64,000 bases of DNA, taken from a virus. Location: positions 642 to 64,641 of the IMG/VR virus record IMGVR_UViG_3300005836_000029. One strand, 5' to 3'. The notes under the pieces are model-generated. The model was given only the letters and a program-made list of their open reading frames with translations. It searched no databases and was not told where the DNA came from. The translations under genes and the position numbers were made by a program. Positions within the stretch are counted from its first letter, which is position 1. Each line of letters begins with the position of its first letter. Of the stretch, positions 17,691 to 27,950 are shown one piece after another.

Positions 17691-19964
17691 GTGGCCGACT
17701 GGAAGTCATTTCAGATCCCGATCCCGCTCACGCAGGTCGTCGATCCGATCAAGAGCCTGCTCGAGACCCTGATGATCTTCTTGGAGATCCTCAAGGCCAT
17801 CCTCGAGACCATCAAGATTTTCTTGCTCGACCTCTTGAACCCGATCAAGGCCCTCGTGGAGGCGCTCATCGGGCTGCTCATCGAGCTGATTCAAGCCCTG
17901 TTGGCCTCCGGTTGCTACATCTACTTCGACATCCCAGACCCCGTGAACGACCCCGACTTCTCTCGGGTCGCAGGCGGGTATCCGGCCTTCCTCGAACGGT
18001 TCGAGGGGTCCCTGTACGACACCAAGGATTTCAACCGCCCGCAGCCGAACGACTTGACGACGAGTGGGTTCATTCTCTTCGTCCTCGATGCGGCAAACAT
18101 CATCGAGCTGATCTTGGCCGTGCAGGCCATCATGCGGCTCTTCGGCAAGGCGTGGAAGTCGCCTCGGTATGCCGCCCCGGCCAATGTCAAGGCGATCCCG
18201 GTCGGCACCTCGGGGGATCCCATCTTGGCGGTGACCTCCCTTTTCACGAAGGGACCCATCGAAAAGATCGAACTACAGTGGGACCTGCCTTCGGTCGTCG
18301 AGTCTCCTGACCCCGGCTTCTCGGATGCCGTCACGAAGTTGGCCGGCGAGTTCATTCCCCCCAACTTCCTGATCGAGAAGTCGGTCGACATTCTCCCGAC
18401 CTCCCAGAAGATCGACATCGCAGACCTGGGTACGACGGATTCCGTTGGGCTTGTCCAGGTCGATGTACCGACGAAGTTGGACAAAGCTCTCGCTAGCTCC
18501 TTCGCAAAGGTTCAGGGTACAACGGTCTTCGCAACGCAGCCGTTGAGGGACAACCAGCAGGAACCTGTCATCAAGTTCCAGAAGTACATGAAGGCCGATA
18601 CAACGGCCGGCATCCTGGGAGCTCTGACGGGTACCTTCCGGTTCATCGACGATGATGTCGAGGTCGGGCACGTCTACTACTACCGTATCCGAGCCTACTC
18701 CGGGGACCTCAACCTCGACACGACCAACTTCACCATCGGTGGCCTGCCGACGAGCTACAATGCGCTGACGAGCGGCACCAAGAACAACTCCCAAATCCGC
18801 TTCTTCGAGTGGCCCTCCAGTGGCGATGAAGTAGTGATGGGGAAGCCGTCGGCGGTCGTTCGAGCGACGGTTCCTCCCGACCTTGGGGACTTCGATGTCC
18901 TCGAGAACCTGCGCCGCCTCTTCTTGGTGGCGTTGTCCCTCGACTTCCACATCCCGTTTCCGAGGGACAAGAACGGGGCGGCGGTGGTGTCGGTAGGACC
19001 CCCTGTGATTCCCTTGCAGTTCGATGCGACTGGAAATCCCGTAGCGCCGACGCCTCCGAGTGCTGTCGGCAAGGGGTCCCTGACCAATCAGGCATCCAGG
19101 CTTGCAGGGTTTCAGAGCAGCCTCCTTGTCGGCAAGCTCGCGGGTCTGGACGCTCCGGGCGATGCCTTCAGTGACCCCGGACTGGCAGACCTCACGGTCA
19201 TGCCCTGGCAGCGGTTCAACGTCAGGAACACGGCAGCAAGGCTCGCCAATGGGGTCGCTTCGGCGATGCTCAGTCTCAACGGTGGCGAAGTCACGACCTT
19301 TCAGAACTACATGCAGGGGAACCCTCCACGTGGACCCGTCTCGACACAATTCCAGAATGTGCCAGGGAACCCACCCCTCTCGACACTGAGTGGCATTTGT
19401 TTCGCGTTCACGACTCCTGAGGACCCCAAGGTCACTCCCAACACGAACCAGACGCTCACGACGTTCCTGGCTGCCTACGACGACACCAAGCTTCGGCAGA
19501 ACGTCCTGACGGTCGTGACCTTCCTCAAGAACTTCACCTTGGGTGGCGTTCCCCCGGACTGGATCTCGGTCTCGCCTCTCCGCGACCTCATCCCGTGGGC
19601 GATGGCCTTGCTCTACGACATCGTGGCCAAGATCCAGGCGTTGCTCGACGCCTTCCAGGGATTTTTGGACGAGATCGTCAAGTTCATCGACAACCTGGAG
19701 CGCAAGATCGACGCCATGGAGACCTTCGTCCAGTTCCTGATTGACATCCTCGACTTCATCGAGGACCTGAACTTCGGGGTCTTCGTGTTGGCCGCCAACA
19801 ATCTCAGCGGGGATGTGTCGACCTGGGTGACGACGATCGACGAGGCAACCGGGTCTCCTCCGCCGAGCGGACCAGGAGGGTACACGGCAGGCATCTGCAT
19901 CGCCTACGCGCTCTTCAGCCCGGGAGCCTTGGTCACGGCTCTACAGACGATCTTCGGCGGATAA
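17691..19964 (+). CDS. Baseplate-region protein with terminal hydrophobic/amphipathic helical regions and a central FN3-like domain
   Basis: N-terminus LLETLMIFLEILKAILETIKIFLLDLL...; central IELQWDLP...HVYYYRIRAYS (FN3 signature); C-terminus LLYDIVAKIQALL...FVQFLIDILDFI...ALVTALQTIFGG. Confidence 0.65.
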   Translation: MADWKSFQIPIPLTQVVDPIKSLLETLMIFLEILKAILETIKIFLLDLLNPIKALVEALIGLLIELIQALLASGCYIYFDIPDPVNDPDFSRVAGGYPAFLERFEGSLYDTKDFNRPQPNDLTTSGFILFVLDAANIIELILAVQAIMRLFGKAWKSPRYAAPANVKAIPVGTSGDPILAVTSLFTKGPIEKIELQWDLPSVVESPDPGFSDAVTKLAGEFIPPNFLIEKSVDILPTSQKIDIADLGTTDSVGLVQVDVPTKLDKALASSFAKVQGTTVFATQPLRDNQQEPVIKFQKYMKADTTAGILGALTGTFRFIDDDVEVGHVYYYRIRAYSGDLNLDTTNFTIGGLPTSYNALTSGTKNNSQIRFFEWPSSGDEVVMGKPSAVVRATVPPDLGDFDVLENLRRLFLVALSLDFHIPFPRDKNGAAVVSVGPPVIPLQFDATGNPVAPTPPSAVGKGSLTNQASRLAGFQSSLLVGKLAGLDAPGDAFSDPGLADLTVMPWQRFNVRNTAARLANGVASAMLSLNGGEVTTFQNYMQGNPPRGPVSTQFQNVPGNPPLSTLSGICFAFTTPEDPKVTPNTNQTLTTFLAAYDDTKLRQNVLTVVTFLKNFTLGGVPPDWISVSPLRDLIPWAMALLYDIVAKIQALLDAFQGFLDEIVKFIDNLERKIDAMETFVQFLIDILDFIEDLNFGVFVLAANNLSGDVSTWVTTIDEATGSPPPSGPGGYTAGICIAYALFSPGALVTALQTIFGG

Positions 19965-19994
19965 AGCACTTGGGCCCCGTGAGAAGAGGAAGCC

Positions 19995-20807
19995 ATGGCC
20001 TACGATTGGCTCGGGACATTCAACAAAAGCCAGCTCGATCGGTTCTTGGCCTTCGCTCGTTCGCAGGTGCCCCTGATCGACGCTAGGATCAACCACCTCT
20101 CCGCTGAGATGGCACGGATCGGGTCCATCGCCTTCATCTACAACCAGGGGGTGCCCTCCAGCTTCTCAGTCGATCCGGCCTCCTACCTCGGCAAGCTCAT
20201 CGCCGTGTACGAGGTCATGGGGGGAGACCCGTTCAAAGACCTTCGTGTGCGGGCAAAGACCGACCCGGTTTTCGCTGTCCGGTCGACGGAGTTCAATCCC
20301 GTCCAGTACATGTCGAACGGGGAGGTCATCGGGGCCAAGGGCCTGGCGGATGCTGCGACCGCCGAGATGATGCGGAAGGCCAAGACCTGGCTGAGCGAGA
20401 CGCTCCGGTATCGATTCGGCCGGTTGGAGCGCAAGATCCGGAGGGCGATGGACTACGCCGACTCCCTCCAGAATGAGATCGATGTCCTCGAAACGATCAA
20501 GTCGACGGTCGAGACGGCGGACTCCTTCGAGCAGCTCGCCGCTCAGATGTCCACGCTCATCAGCGACCCCAACTACCGGGCGATCTACGACGACCTCGGC
20601 AAGGACCCATTTGGTCTCACGACCTACGCTCCGTTCAGCTCCTACGATGTCGTCAACTCCTCCGACCCGAACATCCCTGTTCGATCCTCGGATACGGCCC
20701 AGAGGCAGAACACTGGGTTCGTAGGGCCTGAAGAGGTTGGCGAAGAGACGACCACGACCCTTGCTGCCGAACAAGCTGCCGAAGAAGCTGCGGGGACGAC
20801 GGTATGA
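19995..20807 (+). CDS. Hypothetical protein (270 aa, helical), tail/baseplate region
   Basis: ATG with upstream gaggaag; stop overlaps the next start (ATGA). Confidence 0.6.
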   Translation: MAYDWLGTFNKSQLDRFLAFARSQVPLIDARINHLSAEMARIGSIAFIYNQGVPSSFSVDPASYLGKLIAVYEVMGGDPFKDLRVRAKTDPVFAVRSTEFNPVQYMSNGEVIGAKGLADAATAEMMRKAKTWLSETLRYRFGRLERKIRRAMDYADSLQNEIDVLETIKSTVETADSFEQLAAQMSTLISDPNYRAIYDDLGKDPFGLTTYAPFSSYDVVNSSDPNIPVRSSDTAQRQNTGFVGPEEVGEETTTTLAAEQAAEEAAGTTV

Positions 20808-21943
20808 GTTTCGACCGCAAGATCGACTTCGTGTGCCCGCACCTGGTCGTCGAAGAGGCTCTGTTCCTCAACCAGGACCGTGTGACAGTCCGACCCTTGC
20901 GTCCTATCGCTTCGGCCAATTCCGTCCATGTTCGTGTGGACAGTGCGATCGAAATCCCATCGCAGGGTATCTACTTGCCGGCCATCGGCTTTGTCAGCAA
21001 GCAAGGGTCGTTCAACATCCGGTCAGGCGTCAACGATACGCTCACCTTGAAGGTGAACGACGGAGCGGAGCAGACCGTCCAGATCGAACACGGGGAGAAG
21101 CTCTCAGCACGTGAGATCGCTCGCCGTCTGAATGAGGTCGCTGCCGACGTCTTGTTCGACTTGTCGCCCTCGGGCCGGCTGCGAGTACAGACGCAACGCA
21201 AGGGCCGGGATGCCACCCTCATGGTGCGTCCGACGGCGATGGCGACGACTCTTGGATTCCCAACCAACCGGCAATGGCGAGGGACTTCGCCCTATCCCGG
21301 ATGGTCGCTGGTCGCCGACACCAAAACTCTGCTCGATCGACCGACCCGTCTCATCATCTTCGACCGTCCCCTTCGCGGCTTTCTCGAGTACGTCGAATTG
21401 ACCTACACCACTGTCCGGCAAGAATGCCGGCGGTGCGGAGGACTGGGCGTCGAGAACGACTGGCGCTACGGAGCCCACGGAGAACTGTTCGAAGTCCGGG
21501 ATGAAGCCCTCCTTCTCCAAGAGATCCAGAAGATCATCTACACCTTCCAGGGGTCCAATTCGTTCCACATCTGGTACGGCACTCAGATCCTGGAGACATC
21601 GGGCAAGAAGCTGAGCTCCTCCGGCATCGTGCAGACCTTCATCATCAACGACATCCGGGAAGCCTTCCGCCGCTGGCAGAACATCAAGAAACAGCAGGAG
21701 GAGGCTCTCGGGCAGGTCGTTTCCGACGGCGAGTACCCCTTCCGCCTGCTGGAGACCAAGGTAACCCCTAGCACTCAGGACCCGACGGTCGTGTTCGTTT
21801 CTGTGACGCTTCAGAGCCGATCCCAGAAGCCCATCACCATCGAGCGTGGAGTCCAGATCCCGTTGCCGGCCGACATTCTCGGGGCATCGACGCAAGATGG
21901 CGTGATCGGTCAGTCCCTCAGCAACTTCGTGCTCACTGGGTAA
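20804..21943 (+). CDS. Baseplate wedge/sheath-initiator gp25-like protein with N-terminal extension and CxxC zinc knuckle
   Basis: C-terminal DEALLLQEIQKIIYTFQGSNSFHIWYGTQI...DPTVVFVSVTLQS resembles gp25/GPW. ECRRCGGLG knuckle. Immediately precedes the baseplate-J-like gene. Confidence 0.7.
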   Translation: MSFDRKIDFVCPHLVVEEALFLNQDRVTVRPLRPIASANSVHVRVDSAIEIPSQGIYLPAIGFVSKQGSFNIRSGVNDTLTLKVNDGAEQTVQIEHGEKLSAREIARRLNEVAADVLFDLSPSGRLRVQTQRKGRDATLMVRPTAMATTLGFPTNRQWRGTSPYPGWSLVADTKTLLDRPTRLIIFDRPLRGFLEYVELTYTTVRQECRRCGGLGVENDWRYGAHGELFEVRDEALLLQEIQKIIYTFQGSNSFHIWYGTQILETSGKKLSSSGIVQTFIINDIREAFRRWQNIKKQQEEALGQVVSDGEYPFRLLETKVTPSTQDPTVVFVSVTLQSRSQKPITIERGVQIPLPADILGASTQDGVIGQSLSNFVLTG

Positions 21944-21945
21944 GC

Positions 21946-24900
21946 ATGGCTACAGCACCTAAGATCAACCTCCGAGACGGCAGTGGCACGACGCAGGAGC
22001 TCGTCTTCACGACGAACCAAGAGTTCATCGTGGTCGATGGGGTCGTGGATACCAATACCGTCGCCATGCAAGTCTCCGTCAACGACGCTCCCTTCACGTC
22101 CGACCCTACGTTGATCGAGCTCGACGGGATCAACTTCACCTTCCCCAATCCGGCCTCGTACCCTGACGGATACCCGCTCGAACTAGGGGTCGATACGATT
22201 CGGTTCAGGGCGATCGACATCGTGGGGTCCGTCAGTGCCATCAGCACGGTCACGGTTACCCGCATCGCCACCCTTACCACGAGCCTGGACCTCATCCCTA
22301 CCGGGATCAAGGTGCGCCGACTTCGGAATGCGGTCGACATCCTTGCCGCCAAGGAGCCGACAGGCGATCAGGTGTTCGGCTTCGAGTTCCGTGGCTTCAA
22401 CATCTACGCCTCGACTTCCCCTGCGGGCACCACCGGATACTTCAGGGTCAACGAGAGCCCTGTTACCGAGCAGTCCACAGTCTACGACGAGGACCTCCTC
22501 GACGTGGACTCGAGCCAGGTCATTTTCACTCCGGATGATGGGACGACAGTCATCCGAGTCCGGCTCTCGGAGGAGAACGAATTCGGAACCGAAATCGGTA
22601 CGATCCTGGATCGTCGTACGAGTCTCGGGACTGCTTCAGGCGAGCTCAAGTTCGCTCAGACCCTTCAGAGCCGCACGCTGACCCAGTACTACTTCTTCCG
22701 GCACAATCGGCTCGGGGGTCTGGGGATCCTCAACTCGGACCAGTGGACGGACGTACCGGATACGGACCCGCTCTACTACGTCGTGACGGCGGTCTACTTC
22801 GACACGGTGACGAACAGCGAGTTCGAGACCCCTTACTCGCAAGAGGTCCTTGGTCTGCCTTTCGTCATCGATACGGCCATCAGGGATTTGCCTGGGCGCA
22901 CCCAGCTACAAGTCGTCCTCGACTTCGTGGATGCCATCCAGAGGATCAACCAGGAGGTCACTCTGATTCCTGGTTCGACGACCCGGGACATCAGCATCGA
23001 CCCGTTCTCCTCCGAAGCAGAACGCATCTGGTTCATCGTCGACTTCGTTCACCGGTCTCAGAGCTTCCTCACGCTCCTCCAGATCGACGATGCCAACGGG
23101 GACGGGGTGAGCGACCCTGTTGCGGGTTCGTCGTACAAGCAGGCGCTCAAGGCGGCCCTCGGCTTCCAGTCCGACTCGGCTGTCCAGACCCTGATCAACA
23201 CCCAGTTCGACAAGCTCGCAGGGAACTTCCAACGGACCCGCTTGCCGGGTCGTCCTGCTACCGGCCAAGTCGTCTTCTACACGACGACAAGGCCCACGCG
23301 AGACATCGTGATCGCCTCGGGCACTATCGTGTCCTCGAATGTCGACGCCACCAACGGCTTGCCCGCAGCCCGATTCGTGGTCGGAGGTACGTTCGTCCTC
23401 TCGGCAGCGAATGCGGCAGCCTTCTTCAACTTCAACACCCAGCGCTACGAGATCACCGTAGACATCGTAGCCCAGAACGTAGGAGCCGCTGGCAACCGCT
23501 CGGCCGGCTCCATCAAGAACGTGGTGACCCCGGTCGGAGGACTTCTGGTCACGAACACCGAGGCGACCGTCTTCGGCACCGACCAGGAGTCGAATACGGA
23601 CCTGGCAACGCGAGCCGAACTGGGTTTCGTCTCCGTGGACACAGGGACCGAAGGAGGCTACGCAGCAACCGCCGCAGCTCAGGTCGGCGTCATCAAGTCC
23701 AAGATCGTCAAGAGCGGGGACACGCTCATGATGCGGGACTACGACGAGGTGCGGCACAAGCACATCGGCGGCAAGGTCGACGTCTGGGTCCAGGGTCTCC
23801 GGGAACGTACGGTGAGCGAACGCTTCTCCTTCACGTTCAGCGTAGCCCGGGATATCCGTTGCCAGATCATCGACGTCGTGAACTTGGTCTTCCGGGTTCT
23901 CGACCCGCAGGTGACCCCGGACACCCCCATCGTCGAGATCCTCGACAACATGGCTCAAGGACTGGGCGTTCGGAATGCCACCAAGGGTCAAGACTACGAC
24001 CTCACGGGCGTGACGATCCTCGACTTCGAGACGTTCCAGCTCAGTACGGCCGTTTCCCAGCCCGTCACGGCCTTCGATGATGTCATCATCGCCGACTTCA
24101 GGTTCAGGGCGATCAACCTTTTCACGTTCACCTTCCAACCGGTGAGGCGTGTGACCTCTGTCTCGGGAGAGGTGTCAGGAGCCCTCGACCCTCTTCTCGG
24201 CTACCAGCTCTACAAGACCGATGACCCCCTCCTCGAAGGGGAGAGCACCATCGCCAAGAACTATCTCGTCATCAACCAGATCGGGGGCATCCCCAGCGGA
24301 GCCTCCCTCACGATCAACGACGAGCGCCACACGATGATCGGATTCTTCGAGGAGCCCCTCAAGAACATCGGGGTGAACACTGCCACGTTGAGGGTCTTCA
24401 ACGTGGACAGGACGATCGAGTACGACGGCCCCGGCACGGTCGATCCCGACTTCGAGATCATCGAGGGAACGGCCACCACCCCGGCAAAATTCCTCCGAAC
24501 GTCCACCTCGTTGATTCTGAGCGGCCAGGTGGTCTCCGTCGACTACGACCACGACGAGAACTTCACGGTCACCTACGTGATCAACGACCTTCTCCAGCAG
24601 CTCCAGCGGACCATCAACTCGAAGAGGCACATCACGGCCGATGTCCTCGTCAAGCAGGCGATCCTCAACTCGGTTGAGCTCGAGACGACGGTCCAGCTCA
24701 AGCGAGGGGCCACGAAAGACACGACCGATCCGGCCGTTCGGAGCTCGGTCAGCCTCGAACTGAACCAGAAGATCATCGGCCAGGGGTCGGCTCAGTCGGA
24801 CCTCATCAACGCGATCGATTCGACGACTGGGGTCGACTTCCAAGTCATCCCCCTGGCTCGAATGGGCTACGCCGACGGAAGCTTGAAGCTCAGGGAAACG

Positions 24901-25389
24901 GTCCTTCCTTCTTCGGCTCGGACGTCGAGTCTCGACATCGGCGGCAACCAGGTGTTCATCCTGACGAACTCCTTGAAATACCCCACGACGGATGGAGGCG
25001 GCCTCACCACGGAACACCGGGGAGTGTTTCAGGATGACGAAGCCCTGACGCTCTCCACCTTGGTCTCCAACGTCGGGCAGAATGCGAACCAGGCGTACAT
25101 CATTGGATCGGATGGGGCGATCATCACGGGCTACAGTGATGACGCCACCCTCATCGCCGATGGTTTCACCGACCCGACCGACATCGAGGCCGAGCGTGTG
25201 AAGCGTACAGGCAACCATGTCCTCGTGAGCCTCTCAGGAGCAGGATCGCCTCCGGATGCGCCTGAGAACCACAGCTACGCCGCGAGCTACGTCATCCGAA
25301 ACGACAAGGGTCCCCACGACATCACGGCCTCCGAGGTGGAGTTCATCGACCTCGGGAACTTCACCTTGACCTTCAGGGAGGCGACCTAG
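21946..25389 (+). CDS. Baseplate wedge protein (baseplate J / gp6-like) with N-terminal Ig/FN3-like additions
   Basis: FDKLAGNFQRTRLPGRPATGQVVF, DIVAQNVGAAGNRSAGSI, FGTDQESNTDLATRA, GTEGGYAATA, GGKVDVWVQG are baseplate-J-type motifs. Confidence 0.85.
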   Translation: MATAPKINLRDGSGTTQELVFTTNQEFIVVDGVVDTNTVAMQVSVNDAPFTSDPTLIELDGINFTFPNPASYPDGYPLELGVDTIRFRAIDIVGSVSAISTVTVTRIATLTTSLDLIPTGIKVRRLRNAVDILAAKEPTGDQVFGFEFRGFNIYASTSPAGTTGYFRVNESPVTEQSTVYDEDLLDVDSSQVIFTPDDGTTVIRVRLSEENEFGTEIGTILDRRTSLGTASGELKFAQTLQSRTLTQYYFFRHNRLGGLGILNSDQWTDVPDTDPLYYVVTAVYFDTVTNSEFETPYSQEVLGLPFVIDTAIRDLPGRTQLQVVLDFVDAIQRINQEVTLIPGSTTRDISIDPFSSEAERIWFIVDFVHRSQSFLTLLQIDDANGDGVSDPVAGSSYKQALKAALGFQSDSAVQTLINTQFDKLAGNFQRTRLPGRPATGQVVFYTTTRPTRDIVIASGTIVSSNVDATNGLPAARFVVGGTFVLSAANAAAFFNFNTQRYEITVDIVAQNVGAAGNRSAGSIKNVVTPVGGLLVTNTEATVFGTDQESNTDLATRAELGFVSVDTGTEGGYAATAAAQVGVIKSKIVKSGDTLMMRDYDEVRHKHIGGKVDVWVQGLRERTVSERFSFTFSVARDIRCQIIDVVNLVFRVLDPQVTPDTPIVEILDNMAQGLGVRNATKGQDYDLTGVTILDFETFQLSTAVSQPVTAFDDVIIADFRFRAINLFTFTFQPVRRVTSVSGEVSGALDPLLGYQLYKTDDPLLEGESTIAKNYLVINQIGGIPSGASLTINDERHTMIGFFEEPLKNIGVNTATLRVFNVDRTIEYDGPGTVDPDFEIIEGTATTPAKFLRTSTSLILSGQVVSVDYDHDENFTVTYVINDLLQQLQRTINSKRHITADVLVKQAILNSVELETTVQLKRGATKDTTDPAVRSSVSLELNQKIIGQGSAQSDLINAIDSTTGVDFQVIPLARMGYADGSLKLRETVLPSSARTSSLDIGGNQVFILTNSLKYPTTDGGGLTTEHRGVFQDDEALTLSTLVSNVGQNANQAYIIGSDGAIITGYSDDATLIADGFTDPTDIEAERVKRTGNHVLVSLSGAGSPPDAPENHSYAASYVIRNDKGPHDITASEVEFIDLGNFTLTFREAT

Positions 25390-26198
25390 TGCCTAGGTTC
25401 ACGCTCGATCCCTCACGGGTCAATTTTTCGATCTACCGTCGGGGCAAGGAGTACAACCTCCGGGTCCTTCAGCGGGCTCAGAGCATCTTCTCGAACCTCC
25501 TGAACCTCCTGCCGTCGAACTACATCTCGGCCGTCCAGGGACCGAACTACACCCTCGAGTTGAAGGCCGTTGCGGTCGAGCTCGCCAAGATCGAGCTTGC
25601 CCTGGAGGACATCGACCTCGACCTCGACTACAGGTACACGCGGACGGAGTTCCTCTACAGCATCATCGGCTACCTCGTCTTCCTGAACGGGCGGCTCCCG
25701 GCCTTGGAGTTCGATGACGCCGAATTCCGGAAGTTCTTGCTGAACCTCATCCGGATCTATTTCCAGGGGTCGGTCCCGCAGTCGATCAAGGACGCCACGG
25801 CCCTGTTCATCTCGGATGACTTCGAGGTCCTCGAGAACTTTCTCCTGACGCGAACGGGTGGCAGCGGGCTCGACATCTCGGACGAGTTCGGGTTCCAGAT
25901 CACGATCGAGACGGGCGGCGTGTTCCCCCCGAACATTTTCGACCTCGAGTCGAGCCTCCGGGTCATCCTCGACGTCATTCGACCGGCGCACACCCTGTTT
26001 CGGATTCGGTACGTTTTCCGAGACAACTACAACCCGAACGAACCGAGCGGCCAGATCATCGACGCCATGCGGTGGCGTCTCGCGAACTACTACTACGAGG
26101 ACTACCGCTCGTACTGGCTGGGGATCAGGGATCGGGACCGCCTTGGCCGCAAGGAGAGCCAAGCGGTCGTGGACGAGGACCACAGCTCGGACTTCTGA
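25389..26198 (+). CDS. Baseplate wedge subunit (gp7 / tail protein I-like)
   Basis: NLLPSNY...FRKFLLNLIRIYFQGSVPQSIK...LDVIRPAHTLF. Follows baseplate J with a 1-nt overlap. Confidence 0.7.
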   Translation: MPRFTLDPSRVNFSIYRRGKEYNLRVLQRAQSIFSNLLNLLPSNYISAVQGPNYTLELKAVAVELAKIELALEDIDLDLDYRYTRTEFLYSIIGYLVFLNGRLPALEFDDAEFRKFLLNLIRIYFQGSVPQSIKDATALFISDDFEVLENFLLTRTGGSGLDISDEFGFQITIETGGVFPPNIFDLESSLRVILDVIRPAHTLFRIRYVFRDNYNPNEPSGQIIDAMRWRLANYYYEDYRSYWLGIRDRDRLGRKESQAVVDEDHSSDF

Positions 26199-26203
26199 CT
26201 TCC

Positions 26204-26214
26204 TTTGATACCCC
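26204..26214 (+). promoter_or_regulatory. Candidate late-promoter-like motif tttgatacccc (copy 2)
   Basis: Identical to 11359..11369; about 20 nt upstream of ATG 26234 and its gaggag SD. Confidence 0.35.
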
Positions 26215-26233
26215 GTTTCCAGAGGAGAACCTC

Positions 26234-26746
26234 ATGTCGGAGAGCTACCGTGTCCGCGCCTTCTGCACGATCCGTCACGAAGTCGCGTACGACTACGACG
26301 AGAAGCGAGGGATCTACCTCCGTCGCCTAGAATCTGAGGAGACGGTCGGCAACCTGATCCTGGATGGCGGGCTGGTAGCGATCCACACGTACATCTACGG
26401 GACGACGACGCAGAGGACCTCGGCGGGGCTCGGGACGGGGTTCAACTACATCGCCCTGTCGAACGACCCGAGCTCCCCGGCGGCGGGGGACACAGCCCTG
26501 GCTGGGGAGCTCTCGGGCAACGGCCTGGACCGAACGCAGGGGGCGGTGACCTTGCCGACGGGCTCCGGCACCGTGACGACGATCTTCAACCAGTTCACCT
26601 TCACCGGTGGCTCTCAAGGAGTGCAGAAGACGGCCCTCTTCGACGCGGCCAGCATCGGCTTGATGGCCCACGAGATCCTCTTCACGGCACGGCTCCTGAC
26701 CACGAACGACACGCTGTCCATGACCTTCCAGATCACCGCCACGTGA
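26234..26746 (+). CDS. Tail-collar / fibre-attachment domain protein
   Basis: True start is ATG 26234 after SD gaggag. VGNLILDGGL...YIALSNDPSSPAAGDTALAGEL...KTALFD...TNDTLSMTFQIT resembles phage tail-collar fibre N-terminal domains. Paralogous to 37287..37943. Confidence 0.6.
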   Translation: MSESYRVRAFCTIRHEVAYDYDEKRGIYLRRLESEETVGNLILDGGLVAIHTYIYGTTTQRTSAGLGTGFNYIALSNDPSSPAAGDTALAGELSGNGLDRTQGAVTLPTGSGTVTTIFNQFTFTGGSQGVQKTALFDAASIGLMAHEILFTARLLTTNDTLSMTFQITAT

Positions 26747-26754
26747 GGTAGCCG

Positions 26755-27942
26755 GTGGGCTTCGCAACGATCCAAATCACTCAGGGAGCCAACGTCGGCG
26801 GCAGCGGCGAATCCGTGATCGGTTTCGACCGAACGACGGCGATCACCCTGACGGACGATGGGGGCCCCGGCGCAACCACTTGGCTCTGGGAGGTCATCGC
26901 CTTTCCGGCTCCCGACGCCTCTGCTCCGACCGTCACCAATGACACGACGCAGGTCGGCACCATCACCCCCGCACCGTCCCTGACGGACGGCGTGTACCTC
27001 GTCCGTCTCACGAGGGATGACCCCGTGGATGGGGTCTCGACGATGGTTCGGTTCTTCGCCGTCGAGGACGAGGATGCCCTGAGCTTTCCCTCGGCGGGCA
27101 TGAACCGGAACATCTCCAACGTGGGGGGCTCTACGGACGCCCAGGAAGCCGGATGGTTCGGCTCCACCATCGGGGGCACCAACGTCTTCCTCGATGCGAT
27201 CTTGCGCCTCCGGAAGCGCAGGGAAGGCCGATATCAAGGAAGGAACACGGCCTTCACCCATTCCTCAGGGTCTCCGGTCGCGACCAACTACACGTACGCC
27301 GTTGACGACCCCCACCAGACGATCACGATGACGGGGGCCGGAACCTACACGGCCGACCTCGTTGCCGCAGGAGCGGAAGAGGGGGCTGTTTTCCGTTTCA
27401 AGGTCATCTTCAACGCTGGGGCCGGCAACTTCATCCTCCGGGACGATGGGAGCACGGTCCGTTTCACGATCTCGGCGCCCCCTGCCGGAACGGTGACCTA
27501 CGACGTCGAAGCCTACTTCGACGGAACGAACTGGCTGCTGTCCGACTTCATGCTCCTCGACCTCTACGGAGTCGTTCGATCGCAGGAGTTCTTGGGGGTC
27601 GCAGGAGTCCAGAGCAACTCGACCGACACGTTCGCCAGGATCGGGACCCTTCAAGTCGATCCATCCGGGTTCCCTGCCAGCCAGGAGATCACCTGGGAGG
27701 CTACCTTCGACACGACGGACGGTGGCAACGCAGCCGAGGTTCGTCTCTACAACGTGACCGATGTCGGAGTCGTCTCCGGATCGACCTTCTCAACGACCTC
27801 AACGACGGCCGACACGCAGAGCGCAGTCGTTACCCTTCCTGGCAGCCTGAAGGACTACGAGATTCAGCTCCGGCTGACGACCACTGACCTGGCGCAACGT
27901 GCGACCTGTACACGGGCCCGACTGACCATCCGATGGGGTTGA
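26755..27942 (+). CDS. Virion structural / fibre-associated protein (Ig-like N-terminus, beta-sandwich C-terminus)
   Basis: Paralogue of 34827..35987; both end in a domain like AEVRLYNVT..VVSGSTFSTTS...YEIQLRL...ATCxxARLTIxW. Confidence 0.6.
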   Translation: MGFATIQITQGANVGGSGESVIGFDRTTAITLTDDGGPGATTWLWEVIAFPAPDASAPTVTNDTTQVGTITPAPSLTDGVYLVRLTRDDPVDGVSTMVRFFAVEDEDALSFPSAGMNRNISNVGGSTDAQEAGWFGSTIGGTNVFLDAILRLRKRREGRYQGRNTAFTHSSGSPVATNYTYAVDDPHQTITMTGAGTYTADLVAAGAEEGAVFRFKVIFNAGAGNFILRDDGSTVRFTISAPPAGTVTYDVEAYFDGTNWLLSDFMLLDLYGVVRSQEFLGVAGVQSNSTDTFARIGTLQVDPSGFPASQEITWEATFDTTDGGNAAEVRLYNVTDVGVVSGSTFSTTSTTADTQSAVVTLPGSLKDYEIQLRLTTTDLAQRATCTRARLTIRWG

Positions 27943-27950
27943 GGTAGGAC

